Positions 53,392 to 63,387 are shown, numbered from the stretch's first letter. The stretch is DNA of 64,000 nt from an uncultured cyanobacterium (GCA_963749915.1 CAVVOP010000021.1:576001-640000); one strand, 5' to 3'. The notes: generated by a model not told the origin, from the sequence alone. A program made the numbers and translations.

Positions 53392-54036
53392 ATGACTGTT
53401 ATTGCTGTAATTGATTATGATATGGGAAATTTGCATTCTGCTTGTAAGGGTTTAGAAAAAGCCGGGGCAATACCTAAAATTACAGATTCTCCCTTCGAAA
53501 TTGCCCAAGCAGATGGTGTGGTTTTACCCGGTGTGGGTTCTTTTGATCCGGCTATGCAACATCTCAAGGAAAGGGATTTAATTGAGCCCATCAAACAAGC
53601 GGTTAAAGGCAGTAAACCTTTTTTGGGCATTTGTTTAGGGTTACAGATTTTATTTGAGGCTTCGGAGGAAGGGCAAGAAGAAGGTTTAGGTATTATTAAA
53701 GGCAAGGTAAGGCGTTTTCGATCTGAACCCAATTTGACAATTCCTCACATGGGTTGGAATATCCTCCATTTAACTCAAAATAATCATTCTTTGTGGCAAA
53801 ATCTTCCTCTTGATCCTTATCTCTATTTTGTACATTCTTATTATGTTGATCCCATTGATTCTAATATAATTTCTGGGGAAGTTACTCACGGCTCACAAAA
53901 AGTAACAGCAGCGATCGCAAAAGATAACTTAATGGCGGTACAATTTCACCCCGAAAAGTCATCAGATTATGGTTTACAAATATTAACTAACTTTGTCAAA
54001 CTAGTGACAGAGTGCGGAAATAAAACGAGAGTCTAA
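53392..54036 (+). CDS. hisH: Imidazole glycerol phosphate synthase glutaminase subunit
   Basis: IDYDMGNL, LPGVG, GICLG, PHMGWN, QFHPEKS. Confidence 0.97.
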   Translation: MTVIAVIDYDMGNLHSACKGLEKAGAIPKITDSPFEIAQADGVVLPGVGSFDPAMQHLKERDLIEPIKQAVKGSKPFLGICLGLQILFEASEEGQEEGLGIIKGKVRRFRSEPNLTIPHMGWNILHLTQNNHSLWQNLPLDPYLYFVHSYYVDPIDSNIISGEVTHGSQKVTAAIAKDNLMAVQFHPEKSSDYGLQILTNFVKLVTECGNKTRV

Positions 54037-54499
54037 AATCTGACTTTTCACGGCATCTTGAATTGCTTGCCGCCATGAGAGCTGGATTAGCCGAGAATCC
54101 CCGGGGTTGGTATTAGATATTTTGTGCGAAGAAGTCGGGACAAACCTTCTCGAATCTTTTCTGGACGGAGGCTGATCATTTCTGGAGATTCTCGTTCCTA
54201 AACCTCCTGAAAAATACACGCAGTCACCTGAACTGCTGGCACTTTTAGATTTGCGATCGCAAATCTAAAAAGGCGATCGCTTTCTTGAGGTAAATTGTTA
54301 GCCTCTTTTCGTAACATGAAAACCCGTGATCTTGAGACTCAAAACCATCGCTCTCAATTGATCAACATGAATCAACAGTTATTTTGACTCTCTTTTTAAT
54401 AGTACAAATCAACGTATTGAAAGGGCTGCCCACATGACCTTAGTAATAAAAATCTATATTTGGAGTTAACCATCGTATTTCTTTATTAGGCAAGAACAC

Positions 54500-55183
54500 T
54501 TATTCTACTTGTTTCTTCCTAACTATTCCTGCAATATGAGGACTGACAACAGGAAAAGCCAGTTTAAATTCATAGTAATTAACAGTTTCAAATCCTATCT
54601 GTTCAAGAATGCTCCAAGTTTCACGATTAGGATGGCAGTTATCAAACAAAGTTTTCCAAACTGGTTCGATCCCATTTTGAACTCTCCTTGTCCAAGTGCC
54701 AGATTTCCCAGCAACGTGTTCAATAAAGATCAAATTGCTTCCCGGTTTGAGCACACGTTTAATTTCTTGAAGACTATGATGAAGATCCCTTACGGAACAA
54801 AGAACGTGGGTACTAACAACATGATCTATACTTTCATCTTTTACAGGTAAATCCTCTGCTGTTCCTTGACACAATTCGATATGAGAAAGTCCTTGCTGCT
54901 GTGCTTCTCGTTCTAGGTAAGGATGCATAAAGGGATTCGGCTCGACACCAATCCAATGAATATTGTCATTATAATAAGCAAGATTTGCTCCCGCACCAGG
55001 ACCGATTTCTAATACTTGATGCTGTAAATTTCCTAATAATGCCTGTTTGAGTTCTCCTAAACTTTGATAATCAAGGCAATCGATTAGCTTAATTCCATGA
55101 GCATCAGCTTTATTCGCTTTTGCCATACCCCAAGCAAATAAGCGTTTTTGAATAGTTGAAAGATTCATATTTCTCTGTTTCAT
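54500..55183 (-). CDS. Class I SAM-dependent methyltransferase (METTL7/thiol methyltransferase-like)
   Basis: VLEIGPGAGAN, GVEPNPFM, VLCSV, RVLKPG, FIEHV. Confidence 0.88.
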   Translation of the reverse strand: MKQRNMNLSTIQKRLFAWGMAKANKADAHGIKLIDCLDYQSLGELKQALLGNLQHQVLEIGPGAGANLAYYNDNIHWIGVEPNPFMHPYLEREAQQQGLSHIELCQGTAEDLPVKDESIDHVVSTHVLCSVRDLHHSLQEIKRVLKPGSNLIFIEHVAGKSGTWTRRVQNGIEPVWKTLFDNCHPNRETWSILEQIGFETVNYYEFKLAFPVVSPHIAGIVRKKQVE

Positions 55184-55263
55184 AATCTTTATTCTAAATA
55201 TGAATTTTGTTTTTTTGAATTTTGACTTTTGAATTTTGAATTCTCCGTATCTAAGCTTATTAC

Positions 55264-56250
55264 TTACTCAAGTTGTGCTTCCATTACAGGTAGCCCAAAG
55301 ATTTTGTCAGTTAATTGGACGTACCAAGCGGCAGATTGCACTTGGATGATATAACCCATGGCAATTATTAAGGCGATTTCTGAACCTTTTTCCGAACCAA
55401 ATACAGTAATAGCGATCGCTAAAGCAATAGAAAGATTCCGCATCACTGTGCCGTAAACTAGGGCAATGGCGTCTTCTCGATTAAATAGAGCTTTACCAAT
55501 TAGGGTACTGAGTAGAAAATTAGCACCATAAATAATCAGTAACGGTATGAAGAAAGAGAGAACTTCTAGGGGATTATTGACAATGGACTTGGCTTTCAAT
55601 GCCATGGCCACAAATACAATGCCTAACACACCAATAGTGGAAAATACGGGAAACTTTTGCTTGAGGTTTCTGTTATATTTACTTTCCCCCACGGTAGCGA
55701 TGAGAATTCTTTTGGTAACAAATCCCAATAACATCGGTAGAAAGACAATGATCGCGATTTGTTGAAAAACATCTACTAAAGGTATTTCAACTACCGTACC
55801 CATCAAGAATTTAGCATAAAGAGGGGTAGCCAAAGAGCCAGCGATTAAGCCGATAACGGTCATTTTGATCGCAGCGTTGAGATTTCCTTTAGCAAAACCA
55901 GTCCAAGAAATAGTCATGCCACTGGTGGGAAGTAGGGAGGTGAGCAATAGTCCCAATAATACTAAAGGTTGATCATTAAAAAATAACTTGCCAATGCCAA
56001 AAGCGAAAAAAGGTATGATCGCAAAATTGATTAATTGGGTAATAGCTTGTAGTTTAAAATCTCCCCCAGAAAAAACTTTGGCAATCTGGAGATTAATCAT
56101 CATCGGATAAACCATCAAAAAAGTCAGAGGGATAATCGCCGCTTTGAGGAAACTTGCATCAAACAACGAGCCAAAGATAATCCCTGCAATCATAAAGGCA
56201 GGAACCGACCAAATCAAATTGTTTTTGAGGGCGGATAATATTTTCCACAT
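55264..56250 (-). CDS. ACR3 / bile acid:sodium symporter family transporter
   Basis: FLMVYPMM, SWTGFAKGN, RNLSIALA; about 10 TM helices. Confidence 0.85.
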   Translation of the reverse strand: MWKILSALKNNLIWSVPAFMIAGIIFGSLFDASFLKAAIIPLTFLMVYPMMINLQIAKVFSGGDFKLQAITQLINFAIIPFFAFGIGKLFFNDQPLVLLGLLLTSLLPTSGMTISWTGFAKGNLNAAIKMTVIGLIAGSLATPLYAKFLMGTVVEIPLVDVFQQIAIIVFLPMLLGFVTKRILIATVGESKYNRNLKQKFPVFSTIGVLGIVFVAMALKAKSIVNNPLEVLSFFIPLLIIYGANFLLSTLIGKALFNREDAIALVYGTVMRNLSIALAIAITVFGSEKGSEIALIIAMGYIIQVQSAAWYVQLTDKIFGLPVMEAQLE

Positions 56251-56320
56251 AAACTTAAATTCCTGTTCATTAGTTAACTTGAAATGTTATTGCTAATAGT
56301 TTTAGTTTTTATCTATGATT

Positions 56321-56695
56321 TCATTTGCCTTGGCAAGTAGGAAGCCCCAGTCGTCGCCATTCCATCATGCCTCCAGTGACATTGTAAACCTTGGTAAATC
56401 CAGCTTTAATAAGTTGTTCAGCGGCGATGGGACTGCGGTGAGCTGTCAAACAAATTAAGGCCACCGGTTCATCTTTAGGTAATTCCTGAAACCATTGCGG
56501 TAAAACCCGAGGACGTAGCCAAGAATTACTAGCCATCAAAATTCGAGGAAGACTAAGATTGACGGCTTTAGGAGCATGAAACAGAGCATACTCAAAACTA
56601 CTGCGAACATCGATTAAGGAAGGTGGGTTGCTTCGTTGAATTAGTTCCTTCGGTGAGATGTCGATAACTTGAGGTGAAGAATTAATAAATATCAT
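56321..56695 (-). CDS. Rhodanese-like sulfurtransferase
   Basis: IDVRS..EY...H, ICLTAHRS, GGMMEW. Confidence 0.92.
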   Translation of the reverse strand: MIFINSSPQVIDISPKELIQRSNPPSLIDVRSSFEYALFHAPKAVNLSLPRILMASNSWLRPRVLPQWFQELPKDEPVALICLTAHRSPIAAEQLIKAGFTKVYNVTGGMMEWRRLGLPTCQGK

Positions 56696-56869
56696 TTAAA
56701 AATCTTTTTAATTTGGTATGTAAATATTTTTGTGAGCTTGTCTGTGGCAGACGAAGTCAGGAGAGAAAAAAGAAATACTTAGGGTGAATTGTTTACACTT
56801 CTTTCTCTCTAACCATTCATTAAAGTAAAAATAGACTGGTTAATGCTTTATCTACAAATGATGTAGATA

Positions 56870-57259
56870 TTACAGTAACTTAGGAAAATTATGAGTATTA
56901 GGCGCGTGCATCGCTTGAATGCCTAAATTAGCCCGGTTAAGCAAATCAGCATCAGTTCTGATTACTTGACCATTACTATCTAAAATGGAATGATTGAAAT
57001 TAAATCCATTGAGATTAAAAGCTATGCTACCAATTCCTAAGCTGGCAAACCAAATTCCCACAGTCGGTAAAGCGGCTAAAAGGAAATGCACTGAGCGACT
57101 GTTACGAAAAGCTAGTGAAGGAAACAGTAAGCGACCGAGATAACCGACATGACCAGCTAATAAATTATAAGTCACTTCGTGCTGACCAAATTGATACCCA
57201 TGCATATGAAATGGGTGCATTAAAACATTTTCGGAACGACGTTTAATTAAAGTAGTCAT
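56870..57259 (-). CDS. psbA: Internally deleted rogue-type D1 (PsbA) derivative, 129 aa; may be a pseudogene
   Basis: MTTLIKRR / NVLMHPFHM / GYQFGQ...FRNSRSVHF...[10 protein letters not shown]...NRANLG...[18 protein letters not shown]. Confidence 0.85.
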   Translation of the reverse strand: MTTLIKRRSENVLMHPFHMHGYQFGQHEVTYNLLAGHVGYLGRLLFPSLAFRNSRSVHFLLAALPTVGIWFASLGIGSIAFNLNGFNFNHSILDSNGQVIRTDADLLNRANLGIQAMHAPNTHNFPKLL

Positions 57260-57298
57260 AAGAGATACTCCTATCTAAACTATTAGGGTCAAAATTTG

Positions 57299-57796
57299 TT
57301 AAACCCACCAAGGTTTTTTCCCTGTACGGGGGTCAGTTTCTGTCCAAGGAGAAATGCGAATATAGTCTCCTTCAACTGTTATATGAGCAAGTTGTAAAGG
57401 AAGAGGTGCAGGGCCTCTTATCACTCTTCCTTCATCATCATAACGAGAACCGTGACAAGGACATTGAAATTGATTGTCATTCCCATTCCAAGGAAAAGTA
57501 CAACCTAAGTGGGTACAATTATCGAGAATTCCCCAAGGGTGTAGCGTCCCATCTTCTTTGATAGTTAGATAGGTGGGTTCTCCAGCTAATCCTGCCACTA
57601 AAGCACGAGTTCCAGAGGGTTCGGCTAAAATTTGACTAGCAGGAATTAGATTGCCGTTGATATCTTTTGCCAAGATTGAACCATCTTCCCCAATTTCGGA
57701 AAGGGGGACAAAATATTTAGTTACAGGATATAAGACACTGGCTAAAATCAAACGAATTAAGCGATCGACTGTACCGATATTATTGAACATGGTCAT
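57299..57796 (-). CDS. petC: Second cytochrome b6f Rieske protein with a YgaP/DUF2892-like N-terminus
   Basis: CTHLGC, CPCHGS, RGPAPLPL, KPWW; N-term NIGTVDRLIRL replaces the Tat signal. Confidence 0.85.
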   Translation of the reverse strand: MTMFNNIGTVDRLIRLILASVLYPVTKYFVPLSEIGEDGSILAKDINGNLIPASQILAEPSGTRALVAGLAGEPTYLTIKEDGTLHPWGILDNCTHLGCTFPWNGNDNQFQCPCHGSRYDDEGRVIRGPAPLPLQLAHITVEGDYIRISPWTETDPRTGKKPWWV

Positions 57797-57836
57797 TTTC
57801 TCTTTAAATTTATTTTTTTGATTTGTAGATATCTAA

Positions 57837-58247
57837 TTAACTTTGAGTGACTAACTTAGGTGAACCCAAGCTTTCTATTACCCTTTGCATCTTTTGACTG
57901 GCACCTAGGGCAATTTCTTTTGCCTTAAGACTATGTATAGTCAAAAACATGATCAAGGGATCAACAGCTGAGACTTCAACGGTGCCATCTTCATGTTCCT
58001 GGACAACGACATTGCAAGGATAAAAGACACCTGCTTTATCGTCGGTTTGGAGCATTTGGTAAGCAATTACAGGGTGGCAAGCACCGAGAATTTTATACTT
58101 ACGAAAATCTACATCTATTTTCTTTTTTAAGGTTGCTTGGACATCTATTTCGGTAAGAACGCCCATTCCTTCTTCTTTGAGAGCATTAGTTACTTGAGTA
58201 ATTGCCTCTTCAAAGGATGTATCTAAAACTTTGCTGAAATGATTCAT
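57837..58247 (-). CDS. DUF302 family protein
   Basis: GMGVLTEIDV..TLKKK...YKILGAC...PCNVVV. Confidence 0.92.
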   Translation of the reverse strand: MNHFSKVLDTSFEEAITQVTNALKEEGMGVLTEIDVQATLKKKIDVDFRKYKILGACHPVIAYQMLQTDDKAGVFYPCNVVVQEHEDGTVEVSAVDPLIMFLTIHSLKAKEIALGASQKMQRVIESLGSPKLVTQS

Positions 58248-58445
58248 TTATGATGCCTTGTTCTTTTGAGAGTTTATATGAGAGAAACTTTAGATTTCCT
58301 AATTCAAGTATATAACTACTTAGCAATTTAGTCAAGTGGTGGGATGAATAAATATTTACACGACTTGGCAAGTTATCGAAATTTAGATATTAAGTTTTAT
58401 GGGCGATCGCTTTTGCTATCTGGAAAGAAGTAAATTAAACAAAAT

Positions 58446-58473
58446 GCATACTTAACCATACAGTTAAGTACGC
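58446..58473 (-). terminator. Hairpin downstream of cydB
   Basis: GCATACTTAAC-N6-GTTAAGTACGC. Confidence 0.5.
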
Positions 58474-58499
58474 TAAAAAAGGCAAAATCTCAATATAAA

Positions 58500-59501
58500 C
58501 TATTCCATCGTCACTTTACCTCTGAAGACAAAATAATTGTAAATATTATAGAAAAGCATAATAGGAATCAAAAAACCAATGAAAATCAACATAAAAACTA
58601 GAGAACTAGGAGAAGCCGCCGCTTCATAGATAGTAATACTTGGAGGAATAATATAGGGGAATACCACCAAAGCCAAACCGAAGAAAGTCAATAAGAAAAT
58701 TAAGATAGTCAAAACAAAGGGTGCTGTTTCTTGTTTTTTGCTTAAACTTCTCCACAACAAAGCAATTAAAATTACTCCTAAAATTGGGATGGCACCGAAA
58801 ATATAGATAAAAGGTTCGTCAAATAAACGTTCCCGAGCAAATAGAGAAAAAATAGGTGTGACAATTGTAATGACAATAGCTCCTAAAAGAGTTGTTATAG
58901 TAGCAATTTTGGCAGTTTTGTAATGGGTTTCCTGTAAGTTTCCAGAAGTTTTCATGATTAAATAACAAGAACCAATTAAAACGTAACCTTGAATTAAAGT
59001 TATCGCCACAACTACACTACGCCAATTAAACCAATCCCAGGTGCTACCGATAAAATGACCACTAGCATCAACATGAATTCCTTCAATTACTCCTGCCAGA
59101 GCAAATCCTTGCCCTAAAGTGGCCAGAAAACTACCGATTCCAAAAGTTAAATTCCAGATCAACTTATTGCGAGAATTTTCCCGAAATTCAAAAGAAACTG
59201 TCCTCAAACTTAAACCCAATACCATAATCATAATCGGTATATACAAAGCATTTAGAATAGTTCCGTAAGCTAACGGAAATGAACCAAACAAACTTCCTCC
59301 CATGAGAATTAACCAAGTTGCATTAGCATCCCAAACATTACTTAAACTAGTCATCAAAAGACTTCGCCTTTCTTCTGTCGAAGATGTCAGCGAGAGAATA
59401 CCCACTCCCAAATCAAAGCCATCCAGCATCACATACAAAAACAAAAATAAGGCTAAGATAGCGAACCAAACTAAAGGCAAAAAATAATTTAATGATTCCA
59501 T
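58500..59501 (-). CDS. cydB: Cytochrome bd ubiquinol oxidase subunit II
   Basis: LDGFDLGVG, WDANATWL, FEFR, VFRGK; the usual W.GNE Glu reads Ala here. Confidence 0.95.
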   Translation of the reverse strand: MESLNYFLPLVWFAILALFLFLYVMLDGFDLGVGILSLTSSTEERRSLLMTSLSNVWDANATWLILMGGSLFGSFPLAYGTILNALYIPIMIMVLGLSLRTVSFEFRENSRNKLIWNLTFGIGSFLATLGQGFALAGVIEGIHVDASGHFIGSTWDWFNWRSVVVAITLIQGYVLIGSCYLIMKTSGNLQETHYKTAKIATITTLLGAIVITIVTPIFSLFARERLFDEPFIYIFGAIPILGVILIALLWRSLSKKQETAPFVLTILIFLLTFFGLALVVFPYIIPPSITIYEAAASPSSLVFMLIFIGFLIPIMLFYNIYNYFVFRGKVTME

Positions 59502-59543
59502 AACTCTTGATTTTGCAAACAACTAATTTGAGAAAAACAACAT

Positions 59544-60974
59544 TTAAACAGGACGACTATTAGGAAGATGTTCTGCGGGTTCAATTTTCACAGGTGTGTT
59601 TGCAGATTCTCCGGGTAAAAGCAAAGTTAAATCAGGACCTTGACTGATAATGCGACTGGCAAAATACAAAGCGGAAAAGAAAAGCACTGTATATAAAATC
59701 ATAAAAATACTCAAAGAAGTGAGTACATCTGGTGCAGGAAGATTTGATACTGCATCAACTGTGCGAATTTCCCCATAAACAGTCCAAGGTTGTCTGCCAA
59801 CACAACGAACAATCCAACCAGACTCCACCGCTAAATACCCCAAAGGTGCAGTCCAAATCCAAGATATTAACAACCATTTCTGTTGACTGATATTTTCTGG
59901 AGCTAATTTTCCTCTCAACCACTGCACTACACTTACGAGCATAATGCCCACAAAAACGAAAGCAATGCCACTCATTAACCTAAAGGCATAGTAGATTAAA
60001 CCAATCATTTTAGGTCGATTTTCTGGTGCCCATTCTTTTAAACCCAGTACAGGTTCACTTAAACGAGGTTTAAATTCGAGAATATAGCCCAAAGCGTTAG
60101 GTATTTTTATTTCCCAACTGTTGCTTTCTGTTTTTTCATTGGGCAAAGCCAGTAAACTCCAATCAGCTTTTGCTCCTGCTGGAGTCGTTTCCCATTTGGC
60201 TTCCATGGCGGCTAACTTTGTTGGTTGATAGTGATATACTTGTTCAGCACTTAGATGTCCTACGTATATTTGTAACGGTGTAATGGCGATCGCCAGAGCT
60301 AAGACAATTTTCAGAGATTTAGCAAAAAAAGCTTGATTACGTTCTTTGAGAAGATACCAGGCACTAATACCACCAATCACAAACAAAGACGTTTCTAAGG
60401 TGGCTAAAAACATATGGGAGACGCTTTTGAGCATAAAAGGATTAAACATAGCGGCAAAATAATCCTTAACTAAAAATTTACCCTCAATAAATTCTCCTCC
60501 GGCTGGAGTTTGCATCCAAGAGTTAGCGATCAATATCCAGAAAGTGGAAAGATTAGCACCAATAGCAACACAAATGGTCGCGATATAATGAATCACAGGA
60601 TTTACCCGTTGCCAACCAAAAAGCATGATTCCTAAAAAACCAGCTTCTAACATGAAAGCCATGGTTGCTTCAAAACCCAACACACTACCGAAAAAATCCC
60701 CCACCGATTCAGAGAAAGGAGCCCAATTCGTACCAAACTGAAATGCCATCGGTGAGCCCGAAGCGACACCAATCCCAAAGTTCAAGACGTATAGTTTTGA
60801 CCAAAAACGAGCATGGTGATAATAGTCTTTGTTTTTGGTTTTTAACCATAGACCTTCTACGATGACAAGGTAAATAGCCATTCCTGTGGTTAATACTGGC
60901 CACAACATATGAAAAATAGCAGTAAAGGCAAACTGCATTCTCGATAAAACAAGAGTGTCAGAAAGAAAATCCAT
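59544..60974 (-). CDS. cydA: Cytochrome bd ubiquinol oxidase subunit I
   Basis: RMQFAFTAIFH, QFGTNW, NSWMQTP, QPTKLAAME, GRQPW. Confidence 0.97.
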   Translation of the reverse strand: MDFLSDTLVLSRMQFAFTAIFHMLWPVLTTGMAIYLVIVEGLWLKTKNKDYYHHARFWSKLYVLNFGIGVASGSPMAFQFGTNWAPFSESVGDFFGSVLGFEATMAFMLEAGFLGIMLFGWQRVNPVIHYIATICVAIGANLSTFWILIANSWMQTPAGGEFIEGKFLVKDYFAAMFNPFMLKSVSHMFLATLETSLFVIGGISAWYLLKERNQAFFAKSLKIVLALAIAITPLQIYVGHLSAEQVYHYQPTKLAAMEAKWETTPAGAKADWSLLALPNEKTESNSWEIKIPNALGYILEFKPRLSEPVLGLKEWAPENRPKMIGLIYYAFRLMSGIAFVFVGIMLVSVVQWLRGKLAPENISQQKWLLISWIWTAPLGYLAVESGWIVRCVGRQPWTVYGEIRTVDAVSNLPAPDVLTSLSIFMILYTVLFFSALYFASRIISQGPDLTLLLPGESANTPVKIEPAEHLPNSRPV

Positions 60975-61167
60975 AATTATTGAATTTGTAATCTCTTTTT
61001 CTTAATCGCTTTACTTCTCATTCTATCGATTTCTCTTGGTTTGTCACCCATTTTTCCTTAATTAATTTGTCAAAGTTACATTACATAAAAGATGTTTGAC
61101 TTATAGTAAAAGTTCATATTGTCAATCTGTCTTTCTACCAACTTCCAGAAGTATCATCTTAATTTTC

Positions 61168-61219
61168 TTGACGAATTGTCAAAACCTGCTATTATAATTA
61201 TATAACTTATCACTTATAT
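61168..61219 (+). promoter_or_regulatory. sqr promoter region with inverted repeats (candidate ArsR operator)
   Basis: TTGAC-N5-GTCAA (61168-61182), -10-like TATTAT/TATAAT, ATATAA-N8-TTATAT (61200-61219). Confidence 0.45.
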
Positions 61220-61264
61220 AGTTGAATTAAGTAATTTTCAAGTAAAAATAAGAGGAATGTATCA

Positions 61265-62596
61265 ATGGCTAAGGTTGTAGTAATTGGGGGCGGGTTAGGA
61301 GGATTACCGACAGTTTATGAGTTGAGACATTATTTGCCTAGAGAACATACCGTAACCCTGATTTCTGATAAATCTCAATTTACTTTTATTCCGGGATTAA
61401 TTCGAGTGGCCTTGAATCTTAATTCCCTAGAACATATTCAACTAGATTTAAGTCAGTTGACACAGCGACATGGTATTGAATGGGTATCGGGGAAAGTTAC
61501 TGCCCTCAATCCAGACACCCAAGAAATTACCGTAGAAGAAAATCAAACCATTAATTACGATTATTTGGCGCTCGCCACAGGAGCATCATTGGCATTTGAA
61601 GAAATGCCAGGATTAGGTCCTCATGGGGGTTATACCCAGTCAGTCTGTACCCCTGATCATGCTCTAGAAGCAAGGGAAGCTTGGTTGAAATTTCTGAAAG
61701 ACCCAGGACCTTTAGTAGTAGGTGCCATGCCCGGGGCAGGATGTTTTGGTCCTGCCTATGAGTTTGTCTTGATGGCAGACTGGGAATTACGTCGTCACGG
61801 CATCAGAGACAAAGTCGAGATTACCTACATTACCCCCGAACCATATATAGGTCATACAGGAGTGGGAGGACTGAAAAATGCCCAAAAACTATCGGAAGAA
61901 TTGATGGCAGAAAGAAGAATAAAGACGATCGCCAATGCTAGAATTAGTAATATAGAAGCAAACAAAATTAGTTTAGCTGATGGTCGTCAGTTTCCCTTTA
62001 AATATTCCATGATTCTGCCTTCGTTTCGTGGAGTTAAGTTTCTGCAACAAGTCCCAGGATTAACCAACGAAAAAGGATTTGTGCCCATATTACCCTCTCA
62101 GAGACATCCAGATTATCCTTCTATTTATGCTTTGGGAGTAAGCGTTGATTTGAAACAACCTGACAAAACGACTGTACCTATAGGCTTACCGAAAAGTGGA
62201 CAAATGACTGAAGCCATGGGAACAGCAGTAGCTCATAATATTGCGGTGGAACTGGGAGCCATTAAATCACCATTAACCTCACCAACTCTAGAAGCTCTTT
62301 GTTTTGCCGAGTATGGTAACACTGGTATTGCCTATATTGCTGCTCCTGTCTTACCCAATCCTGTTACTGGTAAACGCCGATATTCTTATGCTGTAAGGGG
62401 ACGCTGGGTAAATTGGGTCAAAGCAGCTTTTGAAGAATATTTTCTGCTAAAAATGCGATGGGGCTTAGGAATGCCTTGGTTTGAGAAATTGGGACTCCAT
62501 CTACTATTTGGACTATCGATGTTGCAATCTCTGCAAGCTTCTGAAGAACATGATCTGAGAATCATCGGCAACAATCAAGAGATGCTTAAGAGTTAA
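61265..62596 (+). CDS. sqr: Sulfide:quinone oxidoreductase
   Basis: GGGLGG FAD motif, SVCTPDHA, GCFGPAYE, PKSGQM.E, ALCFAE. Confidence 0.92.
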   Translation: MAKVVVIGGGLGGLPTVYELRHYLPREHTVTLISDKSQFTFIPGLIRVALNLNSLEHIQLDLSQLTQRHGIEWVSGKVTALNPDTQEITVEENQTINYDYLALATGASLAFEEMPGLGPHGGYTQSVCTPDHALEAREAWLKFLKDPGPLVVGAMPGAGCFGPAYEFVLMADWELRRHGIRDKVEITYITPEPYIGHTGVGGLKNAQKLSEELMAERRIKTIANARISNIEANKISLADGRQFPFKYSMILPSFRGVKFLQQVPGLTNEKGFVPILPSQRHPDYPSIYALGVSVDLKQPDKTTVPIGLPKSGQMTEAMGTAVAHNIAVELGAIKSPLTSPTLEALCFAEYGNTGIAYIAAPVLPNPVTGKRRYSYAVRGRWVNWVKAAFEEYFLLKMRWGLGMPWFEKLGLHLLFGLSMLQSLQASEEHDLRIIGNNQEMLKS

Positions 62597-62647
62597 ACAT
62601 CATTTGTTCTTTGAACTTGTCAATTACTAAAATTAAGCAAACTTAAC

Positions 62648-62965
62648 ATGGACAAAACTCTGGAACTAAATCGATTAGAAAAGCTAGCATACCGTTTTAA
62701 AATTTTGAGCGAACCAAGTCGGCTAGGAATTATACAAGCAATTTGCGAATATGAACGTACTGTTAGTGAAATATGCGAGCGCACTCAATTAAATCAAGCT
62801 AATGTTTCCAAACACTTACAATTTCTCAAAATGGCTGGAGTGGTTGCTTGTCGGCGAGTCGGTAACTGTCGGTATTACCGCATCGTAGATTCAGATTTAC
62901 TTAAATTATGTAGAGAAGCTAATCGACAGTTAGGTCAGGAGCTTTCCATTTATTCAGCTTCATAA
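62648..62965 (+). CDS. ArsR/SmtB family transcriptional repressor
   Basis: FKILSEPSRL, NQANVSKHL; Cys in helix 2 and in the C-terminal helix. Confidence 0.93.
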   Translation: MDKTLELNRLEKLAYRFKILSEPSRLGIIQAICEYERTVSEICERTQLNQANVSKHLQFLKMAGVVACRRVGNCRYYRIVDSDLLKLCREANRQLGQELSIYSAS

Positions 62966-63042
62966 CTTACTCAAATTACCAGTCTATTTTTTGAGTGAAA
63001 AATTAATGATTAATTGTTTTAACTTTATCGGAGGTATTTTCG

Positions 63043-63387
63043 ATGACGACTAAATTAGTAACCCACACCCTTAAAACTGGAAAACTTACAGCCATGAGTA
63101 ACGCTACCAGTATTACTGTGACAGGTCATCAAGTCTCAATCTTAGAAGACCAACCAGAACCAGGAAAAGAAGATCATTCTGCTATCCACTTAACCTTTGA
63201 GGTTGAACATCCCCAAAAACTACCCAGCCTCTTAGCCACTGCGGAGGAATTAGGTTTAATAATGGAGCGAGACGATGCCGTGGAGATTAGCTTATCACTG
63301 CTCGCCATGGCAATGGAAGATAAAACTCCTGCCGAAATAGAAAGCATTAAACAAAGACTATCAAGCATGATCGCAGAATTGCAATAG
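63043..63387 (+). CDS. Hypothetical protein
   Basis: GGAGG RBS; 114-aa ORF co-oriented with sqr-arsR. Confidence 0.7.
   Translation: MTTKLVTHTLKTGKLTAMSNATSITVTGHQVSILEDQPEPGKEDHSAIHLTFEVEHPQKLPSLLATAEELGLIMERDDAVEISLSLLAMAMEDKTPAEIESIKQRLSSMIAELQ

Noticed and set aside
54001..54440. 72-aa ORF and neighbouring frames
   Set aside because: Looks like degraded coding sequence but cannot be assigned
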